Positions 40,202 through 49,859 of a DNA stretch of 64,000 nucleotides are shown here, one piece after another. The notes beneath the pieces were generated by a model, which was not told the origin of the DNA, did no database searches, and was given only the letters and a program-made list of their open reading frames with translations. The stretch covers positions 191,149 to 255,148 of the forward strand of contig CALCDZ010000003.1 of assembly GCA_937900255.1 (NCBI GenBank), given 5' to 3'. This DNA is from an uncultured bacterium (GTDB lineage: Bacteria > Patescibacteriota > Patescibacteriia > SG8-24 > DYFX01). The translations under genes were made by a program, and so were the position numbers. Numbering within the stretch: the stretch's first letter is position 1; every line of letters begins with the position of its first letter.

Positions 40202-41113
40202 ATGATCGTCTCCGCCACCCGCGTCGTCGAGTTCGCTTTCAAGGATTTCTGGAGGAACCTGGGCCTTTCGCTCATGACCATCTCGATCCTGACCTTGACG
40301 TACCTTTCGCTGAACTTGCTCGTCATCGTCAACTTCTTCTCCGGCGCCGCCATCCGGGCCGTGGAGAACCGTGTCGACGTTTCGGTCTATTTCGGCCCCG
40401 ACGTCTCCGACGACCGCATCCTCGGGGTCCGCGGCAACCTGACCTCGCTGCCGGAAGTGAGAGACGTCCAGTTCATTTCGCGCGACCAGGCGCTCGAACA
40501 GTTCAAGCGTACGCACGCGTCGGAACCGGAAATCCTCTCGGCGCTCCAGGAAGTCGGCGAGAACCCTCTCGGCGCGGTCCTGGTCGTGAAGGCCAAGGAG
40601 GCCTCCGGATACGGGCCGATCCTTGAGGCGCTCGACAGCCCGGCCGTCAAGAGCCTGGTGGTCGACAAGACGGTCGAAGATCATCGCGCGCTGATCGAGC
40701 GCCTGACGTCCGTCACGGGCAAGGTCGAGAATGCGGCGCTCGCCCTCAGCCTGGTTTTCGCCCTCATTTCGCTGCTCATCGTCTTCAATACGATCCGGGT
40801 CGCCATCTATATCCACCGGGAAGAGATCGCCATCATGCGCCTGGTCGGCGCGTCCAGCGGTTTCGTCCGCCTGCCGTTCCTGATCGAGACCCTCCTGTTC
40901 AACATCATCGCGCTCGGGATCGTCGCGGCGACGGTCCTTCCGGTCATCGGTCTCACCGAGCCGTCCGTACGGGCCTTCTTCGGCACCGACGTGGGCGTGA
41001 GCGCCTATTACCGGAACGAATGGCTGCAGGTCTTCGGCGTGCAGTTCGCCGCCGTGACGCTTCTTTCGCTCCTGGCGACGGCTTTGTCGATGCGGCGGTA
41101 TCTCAAGAAATAG
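40202..41113 (+). CDS. ftsX: cell division permease FtsX
   Basis: TM1, ENPL, NTIRVAI..REEIAIMRLVGAS..FV..PF. Confidence 0.92.
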   Translation: MIVSATRVVEFAFKDFWRNLGLSLMTISILTLTYLSLNLLVIVNFFSGAAIRAVENRVDVSVYFGPDVSDDRILGVRGNLTSLPEVRDVQFISRDQALEQFKRTHASEPEILSALQEVGENPLGAVLVVKAKEASGYGPILEALDSPAVKSLVVDKTVEDHRALIERLTSVTGKVENAALALSLVFALISLLIVFNTIRVAIYIHREEIAIMRLVGASSGFVRLPFLIETLLFNIIALGIVAATVLPVIGLTEPSVRAFFGTDVGVSAYYRNEWLQVFGVQFAAVTLLSLLATALSMRRYLKK

Positions 41114-41125
41114 TTTGCATGCACG

Positions 41126-41168
41126 AACAAAAAACCTCGCCCCTCCATGAGGGCGAGGTTTTTTGTTG
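41126..41168. terminator. bidirectional terminator
   Basis: aacaaaaaacctcgccc-ctccatga-gggcgaggttttttgtt. Confidence 0.85.
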
Positions 41169-41173
41169 CCGAA

Positions 41174-42655
41174 TCACTCCACTATGATGTGCTCGCCCTT
41201 GCGGATGGTCAGGTCTTTCATCACGAACGCGCCGATCGCGCCGACTCCCACCACGGCCGCGGCGGTCAGGAAGACGGTCCCGTAGGCCGCGACCTGCGCC
41301 TTCAGGATCATCAGGGCGGCGACCGGTCCGCTCGCGGCGGCATCGTTGATGGCGCTGGAAGCGGCGATTTCCAGGAGCTTGCTCTCGGTGGCGTCGGTCA
41401 GGATCGTCCCGAAGACGGCGATGCCGAAGGCGCCCGCGATGTTGCGTGCCAGCGCCAGGATCGACGACGCGATGCCGATCTCCTGCGGCGGAACGGCCGA
41501 CGCCACCGCCGACGTGCGCTGCGCCATGCCAAAACCGAGGCCGAAGGCCATGACGGAGAGCGGGACGATGACGTCGAGCAGGGTCGATTTCGGATCCAGG
41601 AAAGAGAACATCCAGATGCCGACCGCGGCGATGGCGGTGGAGACGCCGATGACGTATCGAGGTTGGACCTTGCCGGTCAGCCGTCCGCCCAGCGGCGCGC
41701 CGATCATCAGGCAGGCCGCCATCGGAAGGAAGACATAGCCCGTCTCGGTGGCGTTGAAACCCAGGAAGGTCTGCACGAAGAGCGGGACGAGGAAGATGCT
41801 CCCCATCATGCCCATGAAGACCACGAAGTTGTTGACGAGGGCGTTCACGAAGATCGAGTTCCGGAAGAACTTCAGGTCCACGATCGGGTCGGGATGCTTG
41901 GATTCGATGCGGACGAAGATCGCGAGGAAGACGGCGACGGCGAGGTAGGCGATCACGCTTTTCGTCGAAATCCAGCCCCAATCGAGGCCCTTGTCGAGCA
42001 CGAGGACGAGGGCGGAAAGCGCCGCGCCGAGCGTGATGGATCCGAACCAATCGAAGGCGATCGGCGGTCGGTCCGACTTCGATTCGTGGATGTAGGCTCG
42101 CGCCAGGAGGAGTCCGGCGACGCCGACCGGCAGATTGATCAGGAAGACCGAGCGCCAGCCGAAGTTGTCGATCAGCGGCCCGCCTAGGAGCGGCCCGAAG
42201 ACCGCCGCGGCCGCGAAGGAAGCCGACCAGATGCCGAGCGCTTGGGCGCGCTCCTTCTCTTCCGGGAACGTCACGGCCAGGATGGCCATGGCCGTCGGAT
42301 AGTCCGCGGAGCCCGCGATGGCCTGCAGCACGCGGAACGCGATCATCGAACCGAGATTCCACGCCAAACCCGCCAGTACCGAGCCGACGATGAAGACGCT
42401 GAAACCGATCATGTAGATGCGCTTGCGCCCGAGCGTGTCACCGAGCTTCCCCCAGATGGGGACGAAGACGGCGTTGGCCAGGATGTAGGCGGTGGCGATC
42501 CAGCCTGCCGAGCTCACGCTGATCCGGAAGTCGTCGATGATCTTCGGCAACGCGAGGTTGACGATGGTCTGGTCGAGGCGCCCGAGGAACGTGCCGACGA
42601 TGACGGTGAAGAGCACCAGCCAGCGCAGGCGGCCGGCGGCATCGTTCGCGGCCAT
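41174..42655 (-). CDS. DHA2 family MFS efflux transporter (EmrB/QacA-like)
   Basis: LDQTIVNLALP, GKLGDTLGRKR, GPLLGG, WRSVFLINLP. Confidence 0.92.
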   Translation of the reverse strand: MAANDAAGRLRWLVLFTVIVGTFLGRLDQTIVNLALPKIIDDFRISVSSAGWIATAYILANAVFVPIWGKLGDTLGRKRIYMIGFSVFIVGSVLAGLAWNLGSMIAFRVLQAIAGSADYPTAMAILAVTFPEEKERAQALGIWSASFAAAAVFGPLLGGPLIDNFGWRSVFLINLPVGVAGLLLARAYIHESKSDRPPIAFDWFGSITLGAALSALVLVLDKGLDWGWISTKSVIAYLAVAVFLAIFVRIESKHPDPIVDLKFFRNSIFVNALVNNFVVFMGMMGSIFLVPLFVQTFLGFNATETGYVFLPMAACLMIGAPLGGRLTGKVQPRYVIGVSTAIAAVGIWMFSFLDPKSTLLDVIVPLSVMAFGLGFGMAQRTSAVASAVPPQEIGIASSILALARNIAGAFGIAVFGTILTDATESKLLEIAASSAINDAAASGPVAALMILKAQVAAYGTVFLTAAAVVGVGAIGAFVMKDLTIRKGEHIIVE

Positions 42656-42656
42656 A

Positions 42657-43268
42657 TCAATCCTTGAGGATGACGGCCTTGGCCGACATCCCGTTCTTGA
42701 GTTCCGGGTAGTCGTCGACGTTGAAGCGGATCCTGACCTCGAACTCCTTGGCCTCTCGCTTGTCGGAAATGGAGAAGGCGATGCCGGAAGCGCGCGAAGT
42801 GGGACTTACCTCGTCGACGATGCCGGAAAAGCGTTTCGAGCCGAAAGCATCGACCGTGAAGCGCGCGGTCTGGCCGACACGGATGCTTTCAAGTCCCTTG
42901 TCTTCCTCGACGCGCGCGACGACGCGCAGCGCGGTGGGGTCGATCATCGTGACGACCGGCTCGCCTCGGTTCGCCAGCTTGCCGATGTCGGCATGGGCCG
43001 TGACGATCTCTCCGGCGACGGATGTCTTGACGAGTTCGTTGCCTACGCGGGCCACGACGAAGTCGGCCGGGACGCGGTCGCCGGCCCGCACGTCGACCTC
43101 TTCGATCGTGCCGGAACTTTGCGGAGACAGGGAGATGAGCGGCGCGGAAATCTCGGCCTTGTCCACCGAGACCCGCCCGCCGGCATAGATGGCGTAACCG
43201 ACGATCGCGGACGCGATGGCGACGGCGGAGGCCGCGATGGCGATGATGAGCGTCTTGCGGTTTTTCAT
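42657..43268 (-). CDS. HlyD/EmrA-like adaptor (short, lacks the hairpin)
   Basis: TM, lipoyl halves directly joined, beta-barrel, LKNGMSA. Confidence 0.82.
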   Translation of the reverse strand: MKNRKTLIIAIAASAVAIASAIVGYAIYAGGRVSVDKAEISAPLISLSPQSSGTIEEVDVRAGDRVPADFVVARVGNELVKTSVAGEIVTAHADIGKLANRGEPVVTMIDPTALRVVARVEEDKGLESIRVGQTARFTVDAFGSKRFSGIVDEVSPTSRASGIAFSISDKREAKEFEVRIRFNVDDYPELKNGMSAKAVILKD

Positions 43269-43272
43269 AGGT

Positions 43273-44829
43273 TTACCGGTTGCCGCCGAAATCGGCGATG
43301 AGGTCGCCTTCGTGCAGGCCGTCCTTGATCTCGACGGAAGTTTCGGAAACGAGTCCGGTCGTGACGGCTTGCTGGATGAACGTCCCGCCCTTCTTCAGGA
43401 GGACGATGGCGTCATTGCCGCGCAGCAACAGGGACTGGCGGGGGATGATGAGCGTGTCCTTGGCCGAGGCCGCTTCGACATGGATGTTTGCGGTCATACC
43501 GTCCTTGATTCGGGCGTCTTCCCGGATGAAACGCAGCTTGACCGAATACCCGCTCGTCCCTCCGAGGGCGACGGGCGTCAGGTCGGTGCGCACCACTTCG
43601 GCCTGGAAGGGGACGGCGGTGCCGTACCCGTCCAAGGTGACGTTCACCGCATCGCCCGGATGCAGCTGGGCGACCTGCGTTTCGGATGCGAGCGCGTCGA
43701 TCTCGAAACGGTCGGAGGAGATCATCGAGACGGCTGGGGCGCCGGGGGCGGCCATTTCCCCTTGGCGGATCGCCACGCGGGAGACGACGCCATCGAACGG
43801 GGCTCGGAGCGCCGCCTTCGCCAGCTGGGCGGCGGCAGCTTGAGCGGCGGCTTGGGCTTGAGCGAGCGAGGCGGCTTGAAGGGCCAGGTCAGTCGCGGTC
43901 GGACCGGCCGTCTTCAGGGTCTTCTGGGATTCGGCGACGGCGACGGCGGTATCCGCCGCCCGCACCGAAGCTTCGCCTGCGGAAAGCGATGACAGGGCGG
44001 CGGTCAGGTTGGCGCGCGCCGCCGCATTGCCTGCCTTCCAGCCGTCGACGGCGGCTTGCGTCAATCCGGGGTTGGCCCGCAAGTCGATCATGTCAAGCGC
44101 GAGCGCGATCTCGTCGAGGAACGTCTTTATCGTCACGATGCGCGTCTTCGCTTCGGCGGAGGCGGTGAAAGGGTCCGCTCCCGTCCCAGCTCGGTCAAAG
44201 GAAGCGCGCCAGTCGCGCAGCTCGGATTCCATGGCGTAGCGGCGGCCGCTCAAGTCCGAGGTCAGGCGGCTGTCGCCGATGAAGAAGGTAAGGGTGGGCA
44301 GGGTGCCGGTCGGTTGATTGTAGAAGGTATCGGTCTTCCCGCGGACGGCGTCATCCGCTTTCGCGTAGGAGTCCACGACCTTGTCGGAGAGCCCTTTGCG
44401 GGCTTCGGACGCGCCGGTGCGCGCGGCCGTGACTTGCGCTTCGCTCACCGCCACGTCTTCCGGGCGGGCGCCGTTCTTTACGGCATCGTAACGCGCCTGG
44501 GCGGCATCGGCGCCGGCGCGGGCTTGGGAGTACTGCGCGGCGGCGTCGGCGGCGGAGAGAGAGGCGAGGAGCTGCCCTCGGCGGACCTTGTCGCCGGAGA
44601 CCACTTCCACGCGGGAAATCGTCCCGCCGCGCTCGAAGGAAAGGTCCGCGTCCGAGGCGGCGGTGACTTTTCCGGTCAGGTCGACGGTCGAACGTACGTC
44701 GCCGCGCTTGACTTCAACGGTCCCGAACGCCGGCTTGGCAGAACGCGTCTTGGCATAGACGGCATAGCCGATCGCCAAAGCAGCGACGGCGGCGGCGATG
44801 ACGATAAGAAGTTTTTTTTGTCGGTTCAT
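43273..44829 (-). CDS. efflux membrane-fusion adaptor with long alpha-helical hairpin
   Basis: LSFERGG, V..GDKV.RGQLLA, LRAPFDGVV, KDGMTA, GL..GD. Confidence 0.85.
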   Translation of the reverse strand: MNRQKKLLIVIAAAVAALAIGYAVYAKTRSAKPAFGTVEVKRGDVRSTVDLTGKVTAASDADLSFERGGTISRVEVVSGDKVRRGQLLASLSAADAAAQYSQARAGADAAQARYDAVKNGARPEDVAVSEAQVTAARTGASEARKGLSDKVVDSYAKADDAVRGKTDTFYNQPTGTLPTLTFFIGDSRLTSDLSGRRYAMESELRDWRASFDRAGTGADPFTASAEAKTRIVTIKTFLDEIALALDMIDLRANPGLTQAAVDGWKAGNAAARANLTAALSSLSAGEASVRAADTAVAVAESQKTLKTAGPTATDLALQAASLAQAQAAAQAAAAQLAKAALRAPFDGVVSRVAIRQGEMAAPGAPAVSMISSDRFEIDALASETQVAQLHPGDAVNVTLDGYGTAVPFQAEVVRTDLTPVALGGTSGYSVKLRFIREDARIKDGMTANIHVEAASAKDTLIIPRQSLLLRGNDAIVLLKKGGTFIQQAVTTGLVSETSVEIKDGLHEGDLIADFGGNR

Positions 44830-44847
44830 AGCGTATCAAATGAGGTT

Positions 44848-45282
44848 TCAGGCACGGAATTCTCGGACGAGCCGTTCAAGGATCCTGGCGAGACTGCCGC
44901 GATCTTCCGGACCGAGCACGGACAGGATGGCCCGCATCTTTTCGGCGTGAGCGCGGCGGGCGGCCGCCAGGATCCTGCGGCCTTCCGGCGTCAGATGCAG
45001 GCGCGCGGCACGGCGATCCTTGCGGTCCGGCCGACGCCGCAGCAGTCCGGCGGCGGTCAGGCTTTCGATGACGGGCGTCATCGAAGGCGGCGTGACGCGG
45101 AGGCGGGTGGCGACCTCCTTCATGAGCGGCGGCTCCGGGGACTCATGGACGCAGCCCAGGGTCGCGATCTGGAGATACGAGAGGAGTCCGACGGCGCCTT
45201 CCGGACCCTGTAGGCGGGTACGGATGAGCCGACCGGCTTCGATCATCAGCCGGCTGAGACGTTCGACGGTCGGGGTAGGCAT
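44848..45282 (-). CDS. MarR family transcriptional regulator
   Basis: EVATRLRVTPPSMT..I..L...GLL.R...DRR...LTPEG. Confidence 0.9.
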   Translation of the reverse strand: MPTPTVERLSRLMIEAGRLIRTRLQGPEGAVGLLSYLQIATLGCVHESPEPPLMKEVATRLRVTPPSMTPVIESLTAAGLLRRRPDRKDRRAARLHLTPEGRRILAAARRAHAEKMRAILSVLGPEDRGSLARILERLVREFRA

Positions 45283-45429
45283 GGGGAGGTAAAGTAGTTC
45301 ATCAACCTAAGTATTTACCGGAACGGAAGAATCCTGTCAAGCTCCTCCTCCGAGGAGGCGGGCCGCAGGCGTTGCCCGCCGACGCCGGCTTCTGCTACCA
45401 TTCAGGCATAACGACGGGCACTTCCTCCT

Positions 45430-46026
45430 ATGCGACGCCACCTGCACATCGTCCTGCCGCTCTCCGCCGCGCTGGCGTCCGTCTTCATCGCGCTTTGGCC
45501 GTGGATCCAATCCAGGTTCGGCGGGTATCCTCGCGACATCGTATCCGACGCCGTCATCGAACCTGCCGCCGCGTCCTCTTCCTTCCACGGCGCCCCCCCG
45601 GTGCTTCTCACCATCAAGAGGCTCGGGATCGAAGCGCCGATCGCCGAGGCCGCGACCGACACGGAAGATGGGTATCAGAAGGCATTGGAAAACGGGATCG
45701 TGCACTTTCCCGGCACCGCGTTCCCCGGGCAGTACGGCAATGCGTACTTTTTCGGACATTCCAGCGACTATCTTTGGAATCCGGGATCTTACAAGACCGT
45801 CTTCGAGAAGCTCCCTTCGGTCCAGATGGGGGATGAGATCGTCGTGACGGACGCTTCCGGGACCTCGTACACGTACGCGGTGATCGGGACGAAGATCGTG
45901 ACGCCTCAGGATTTCTCGGTGCTCTCGCAGGGCGACGGCACGCGCCGCCTGCTGTCGCTCCAGACTTCCTATCCGATCGGCATGGCGACGAAACGGTTCA
46001 TCGTCATCGCCGAGCTTTCGGACTGA
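45430..46026 (+). CDS. sortase-family protein (catalytic Cys replaced by Ser)
   Basis: N-terminal TM, I..LGIEAPI, HFPGT..PG..GN..FFGHS, LSLQTSYP, KRFIV. Confidence 0.85.
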   Translation: MRRHLHIVLPLSAALASVFIALWPWIQSRFGGYPRDIVSDAVIEPAAASSSFHGAPPVLLTIKRLGIEAPIAEAATDTEDGYQKALENGIVHFPGTAFPGQYGNAYFFGHSSDYLWNPGSYKTVFEKLPSVQMGDEIVVTDASGTSYTYAVIGTKIVTPQDFSVLSQGDGTRRLLSLQTSYPIGMATKRFIVIAELSD

Positions 46027-46150
46027 AAGTCGCCGACGGATGGCGTCATCGACCCGGAGACGTGGACAGGAATCCCTTCCGGGTCTATCATCACGAAGCT
46101 GATGCCCATTCGGGCATCCGTCCAGTTTTCTTCTTGCCGCAATTAACGTC

Positions 46151-47995
46151 ATGTACGAGCCTATGCGAAATGCGACCGCGCGCTTCAAGAGCCTCCTGTT
46201 CGCCTTCTCCCTCATCCTAGTAGGGATTCCTGCCGTCCGCGCCCATGCTGCCGTGCCGGGACCGATCGCAGCGTACGGCTTCAACGAAGGGCAGGGGACG
46301 ACCGTCTCCGACGTTTCCGGCAATGGCCTGAGCGGGACGGTCTCGAACGCGACCTGGTCGACCGGAAAGTTCGGCAAGGCTTTGACGTTCAAGGGCTCTT
46401 CTACGAGCCGCGTCACGGTGGCAAGCTCGCCGCTTCTGCAGCTGTCGAACGCGTTCACGCTCTCGGCCTGGGTCAATCCGCAGGCATCCCAGCCTGCGGA
46501 ACCGACCGTCATCGCCAAGGAGATCCCCGGCAATCTTCCGTACGTGATGTACGCGAAGGGGTCCGGCATCGGTCCGAACGCGTATGCGTATGTCAACGGG
46601 AATTATCGACTGGCCGCTTCTCCGTCGGCGATTCCCGCCAGCGCCTGGTCGTATCTCACGGCCGTCTATGACGGCACTCGGCTCTCGGTGTATGTGAACG
46701 GCGTTTTGACGGGCAGCACGGCGGTCAGCGGGAGCTTGGCGTCGGGAGCGGGCGCTCTTCGGATCGGCAACAATGCCGTTTTCGGGAACGAAGGTTTCAA
46801 GGGCCTTATCGACGAGGTGCGCGTCTATGGCCGCGCGCTTTCCGCTGCGGAAATCCAGTCGGATATGCAGACTCCGGTCGCGGCCGCTCCCGCCGACACC
46901 GTCCCGCCCGTCGGCACGGTCGTGATCGACGGCGGAGCCACGAGCACTTCCCAGACCGCGGTCACGCTTTCCCTCGCCGCGACCGATGACGCGAGCGGCG
47001 TCGCGCAGATGCGCTTCTCCAACGACGGCGTCGCCTTCAGCGCGCCGGTCGCCTACGCCGCGACCACCGCCTGGACGCTTTCCTCCGGCGACGGCCTCAA
47101 GACCGTCTACGCCCAGTTCCGCGACGGCGCGGGCAACTGGTCCGCGACCGCCACCGACGACATCCAGCTCGTCACGCCTCCCGTCTCGGGTCCGCAGCTC
47201 GGCGCGCATGTGCTGTATGCGCAGAACGATACGTTCGGCACGAATCCTTCGGTCACGCCGCCGGTCGTCACGCAGGCTTCCGGAAGCACGCTGCTTGCGC
47301 TCAGCATGGGCTGGGTCAGGAACCTCGCCGCGCCGACGGACAGCTATCACAACGCGTGGTCCCAGCTCAGCGGACCGAACATCTACTTCAGTTCGGATTT
47401 CTATACGGCGCTCTGGTCAGCGACTTCCGCGAACGGAGGCCCTGGTCACACGCTCACCTTCGACAAGACCGCGTACCCGGCAGGCGAGATCACCCAAGCG
47501 TTGATCGAAATCAAGAACGGCGGCAGGGTCGATCAGGTCTATAGCCTGGCCCCCGGCTCCAACCAGACGCCCGGAAGCATCACGGTCGATGGTCCTGCCA
47601 CCCTGATCGCCATTTGGGGCGGTGACTCGGGCCAGCTCCAGCACACGGCCGTTCCCGACAACGGCTTCACGGTCATCGATTCTTACCTGAGCTTCGGCGG
47701 CAATTTCGAGACGGGCGTCCAGGCGGCCATCGCCGTCAAGCAGGTGACGGCACCCGGCACCTATACGGTGAAGTGGACGTCGAACCCGGTCCAGAACTGC
47801 GCCTGTTATCTCATCGCCGTCAGGAACGCCGCGGCTGCCCCCGCGACCGTGCACCCGCTGCATGCGGCCGCGTCTGCCGCCCTCGGCGCCCTTCCGGCTA
47901 CGGATGCCGCGCTCGCGGGCGCCTCTAAATCCGGTCGTGCCGACCGCGCTACGGCGTGGCGGCGCGCCAAGAAAACCCTTATCTCGAAACGATGA
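46151..47995 (+). CDS. secreted LamG-like jellyroll domain surface protein
   Basis: Signal peptide; AYGFNEG.G..V.D.SGNG, FTLSAWVNP, GLIDEVRVY.RALS..EI; Ig-like DTVPP..MRFSNDG repeat. Confidence 0.85.
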   Translation: MYEPMRNATARFKSLLFAFSLILVGIPAVRAHAAVPGPIAAYGFNEGQGTTVSDVSGNGLSGTVSNATWSTGKFGKALTFKGSSTSRVTVASSPLLQLSNAFTLSAWVNPQASQPAEPTVIAKEIPGNLPYVMYAKGSGIGPNAYAYVNGNYRLAASPSAIPASAWSYLTAVYDGTRLSVYVNGVLTGSTAVSGSLASGAGALRIGNNAVFGNEGFKGLIDEVRVYGRALSAAEIQSDMQTPVAAAPADTVPPVGTVVIDGGATSTSQTAVTLSLAATDDASGVAQMRFSNDGVAFSAPVAYAATTAWTLSSGDGLKTVYAQFRDGAGNWSATATDDIQLVTPPVSGPQLGAHVLYAQNDTFGTNPSVTPPVVTQASGSTLLALSMGWVRNLAAPTDSYHNAWSQLSGPNIYFSSDFYTALWSATSANGGPGHTLTFDKTAYPAGEITQALIEIKNGGRVDQVYSLAPGSNQTPGSITVDGPATLIAIWGGDSGQLQHTAVPDNGFTVIDSYLSFGGNFETGVQAAIAVKQVTAPGTYTVKWTSNPVQNCACYLIAVRNAAAAPATVHPLHAAASAALGALPATDAALAGASKSGRADRATAWRRAKKTLISKR

Positions 47996-48309
47996 TCAAG
48001 GTCAACATCTTCTATCCCAATAAGGCAGGCGCGAAGTTCGATTGGGACTATTACCTGAACATGCACATGCCCAGGGCGGTGGAACTCCTGGGATCATCGA
48101 TGCGCGGCGTGTCGGTGGAGCGCGGCATCGGCGGCGCCTTGCCGGGAACGGAAGCGGCGTACGTCGCGATGTGCAACTATGCGTTCGATTCCGTCGAAGC
48201 CTTTCTTGCGGCCTTCATGCCGCATGCCGAAGAGCTCCAGGGAGATATCGCCAAGTTCACGGATATCGAGCCGGTCATCCAGTACAGCGACGTGACGTTT
48301 TCCCGATAA
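47992..48309 (+). CDS. EthD family protein
   Basis: KVNIFYP...FDWDYY...HMP, FDSVEAF, DIAKFTD. Confidence 0.85.
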   Translation: MIKVNIFYPNKAGAKFDWDYYLNMHMPRAVELLGSSMRGVSVERGIGGALPGTEAAYVAMCNYAFDSVEAFLAAFMPHAEELQGDIAKFTDIEPVIQYSDVTFSR

Positions 48310-48341
48310 GCGCGCCGCGCCTTGTCGCTTGAGTCTCTTGG

Positions 48342-48370
48342 AAAGGCCCGGTCATCATGACCGGGCCTTT
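48342..48370. terminator. terminator hairpin
   Basis: aaaggcccggtca-tca-tgaccgggccttt. Confidence 0.75.
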
Positions 48371-48392
48371 GGTCCGGGCGTCCGGGTGGGGG

Positions 48393-48421
48393 TTGACATA
48401 TTTCGTCATCCGTGGTACGGT
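48393..48421 (+). promoter_or_regulatory. sigma70 promoter
   Basis: TTGACA-17bp-TACGGT with extended TG. Confidence 0.7.
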
Positions 48422-48424
48422 CAC

Positions 48425-48521
48425 GTCGGACCTGGAAGGGTCCGACTCTGTGTCCGGTGGGCAAGAAGCCTGCCGCGTACTATCCTCCGTCTACGTTCTG
48501 TAGACGGAGGTTTCTGCTTTT
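48425..48521 (+). ncRNA. candidate small structured RNA or attenuator leader (three hairpins)
   Basis: Promoter, then GNRA hairpin, second hairpin and an 11-bp terminator; no ORF start inside. Confidence 0.5.
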
Positions 48522-48587
48522 AGTGCGCTGTGCCTTACCCCGTATTCTTATTTGCTGCGGGATGTTCAGGGAGTATAGACTGAAAGC

Positions 48588-49859
48588 ATGAAACGGTTTT
48601 TCGCTCCGACGCTCTACTTCCTTTCCGGGGCGTTCGTCCTGGCATCGGCACTGACCATCCTGACGGCTCTTGAAGGACGGTTCGGCCTGCACGGCATCTT
48701 TTTCATGGGGGATGTCGAGATATTCCTCATCCTGCCGCCGGTCGCACTGACGGCGTTCTTTCTCGTGAATCTGGCGATGTCCCGTTGGACATCCTGGACG
48801 GCGCGAGGCCTGCACGATCACTGGATGGCCTGTGCCGGATACTACGGGACCCTTCTTGTTTGCGTCGTCTTTTTCATCCTGGATTTCGCGGACAGGAACG
48901 CCCTGCAATATGGCGAGCTCATGCTCGTCGCCTGGATCTGCGCGCTGGCGATTTTCACGAACGCCCTTTACGTGCGTTACGTGGGAAAAAAGGCGAGACA
49001 GGAACGCGGAACGGACCCTGTCGGAAAGACGCGTCGATACCCTGCGCTGACGGCCATCTTCTTTTGCGCCGTGCTCGCCGTCATCGTGATGATCGTCGCT
49101 CACCATCCCCGGTCGTCCATGACGAGAGTCGCGACGCCGAATCGTCCGGTTCGTGGTCTTGTCGCTGGGACCGCGATCGATACGGATACGTATCGTGAGC
49201 ATGCGTTCGGACTGAAGGGGGATTGGGATGACAGCCGTCACGCCCAGGAACGGCTGCGCTCCGAGGGCGGAATGCTCGTTCAGGATGCCTCCGCTACCGA
49301 GGATGGACGGCCGATGCGCCGCGTCCCGTTGAAGCCGGAGGAATCGGAAAAGGGGTTCGTGGAGGCTTGGATCGAGGACGGCCATCGATATACGCTCCGG
49401 GGAAGCGCCTTGAACCCGATTCTCGGAAGCACGTTCTCCCTTTTCAAGGATGAGATCCTTCTGCTGAAGACGGCCATGGAATATGGAGCCGAAGGCCTGG
49501 TCCTGGATGCGCGGATGGTCGGAGGAAAACCCGCGTTTACGTACCAGGTCCGCCGGATGTCGGGCATCGGCACCGACATCTTTTACGACGGCATCCGTTT
49601 CACGAAGACGTACGGAGTTTCCGATCCGCGCTATCTTTTCTCGTATGCGGGCAAGCTGGGCTTCATCGCCAAGGACGTCAGCGGGGACCGCGTATTCTTC
49701 GATGGCGCATTCATCACCCCTCTTTTCAGCGAGATCCATACCCGCAACTGCTGCGCGATCCAGGAAGTCCTGCCGACCGTTTACGACGACGGTATTTTGC
49801 TCTTTTTCGCCCGTCGGGATGAGAGGCGATATCTCGTGGAAGCGAAGCTGAAGGCATGA
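48588..49859 (+). CDS. hypothetical membrane protein (5 TMs plus soluble C-terminal domain)
   Basis: Hydrophobic N-terminal third; TAGACT 6 nt before ATG. Confidence 0.72.
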   Translation: MKRFFAPTLYFLSGAFVLASALTILTALEGRFGLHGIFFMGDVEIFLILPPVALTAFFLVNLAMSRWTSWTARGLHDHWMACAGYYGTLLVCVVFFILDFADRNALQYGELMLVAWICALAIFTNALYVRYVGKKARQERGTDPVGKTRRYPALTAIFFCAVLAVIVMIVAHHPRSSMTRVATPNRPVRGLVAGTAIDTDTYREHAFGLKGDWDDSRHAQERLRSEGGMLVQDASATEDGRPMRRVPLKPEESEKGFVEAWIEDGHRYTLRGSALNPILGSTFSLFKDEILLLKTAMEYGAEGLVLDARMVGGKPAFTYQVRRMSGIGTDIFYDGIRFTKTYGVSDPRYLFSYAGKLGFIAKDVSGDRVFFDGAFITPLFSEIHTRNCCAIQEVLPTVYDDGILLFFARRDERRYLVEAKLKA

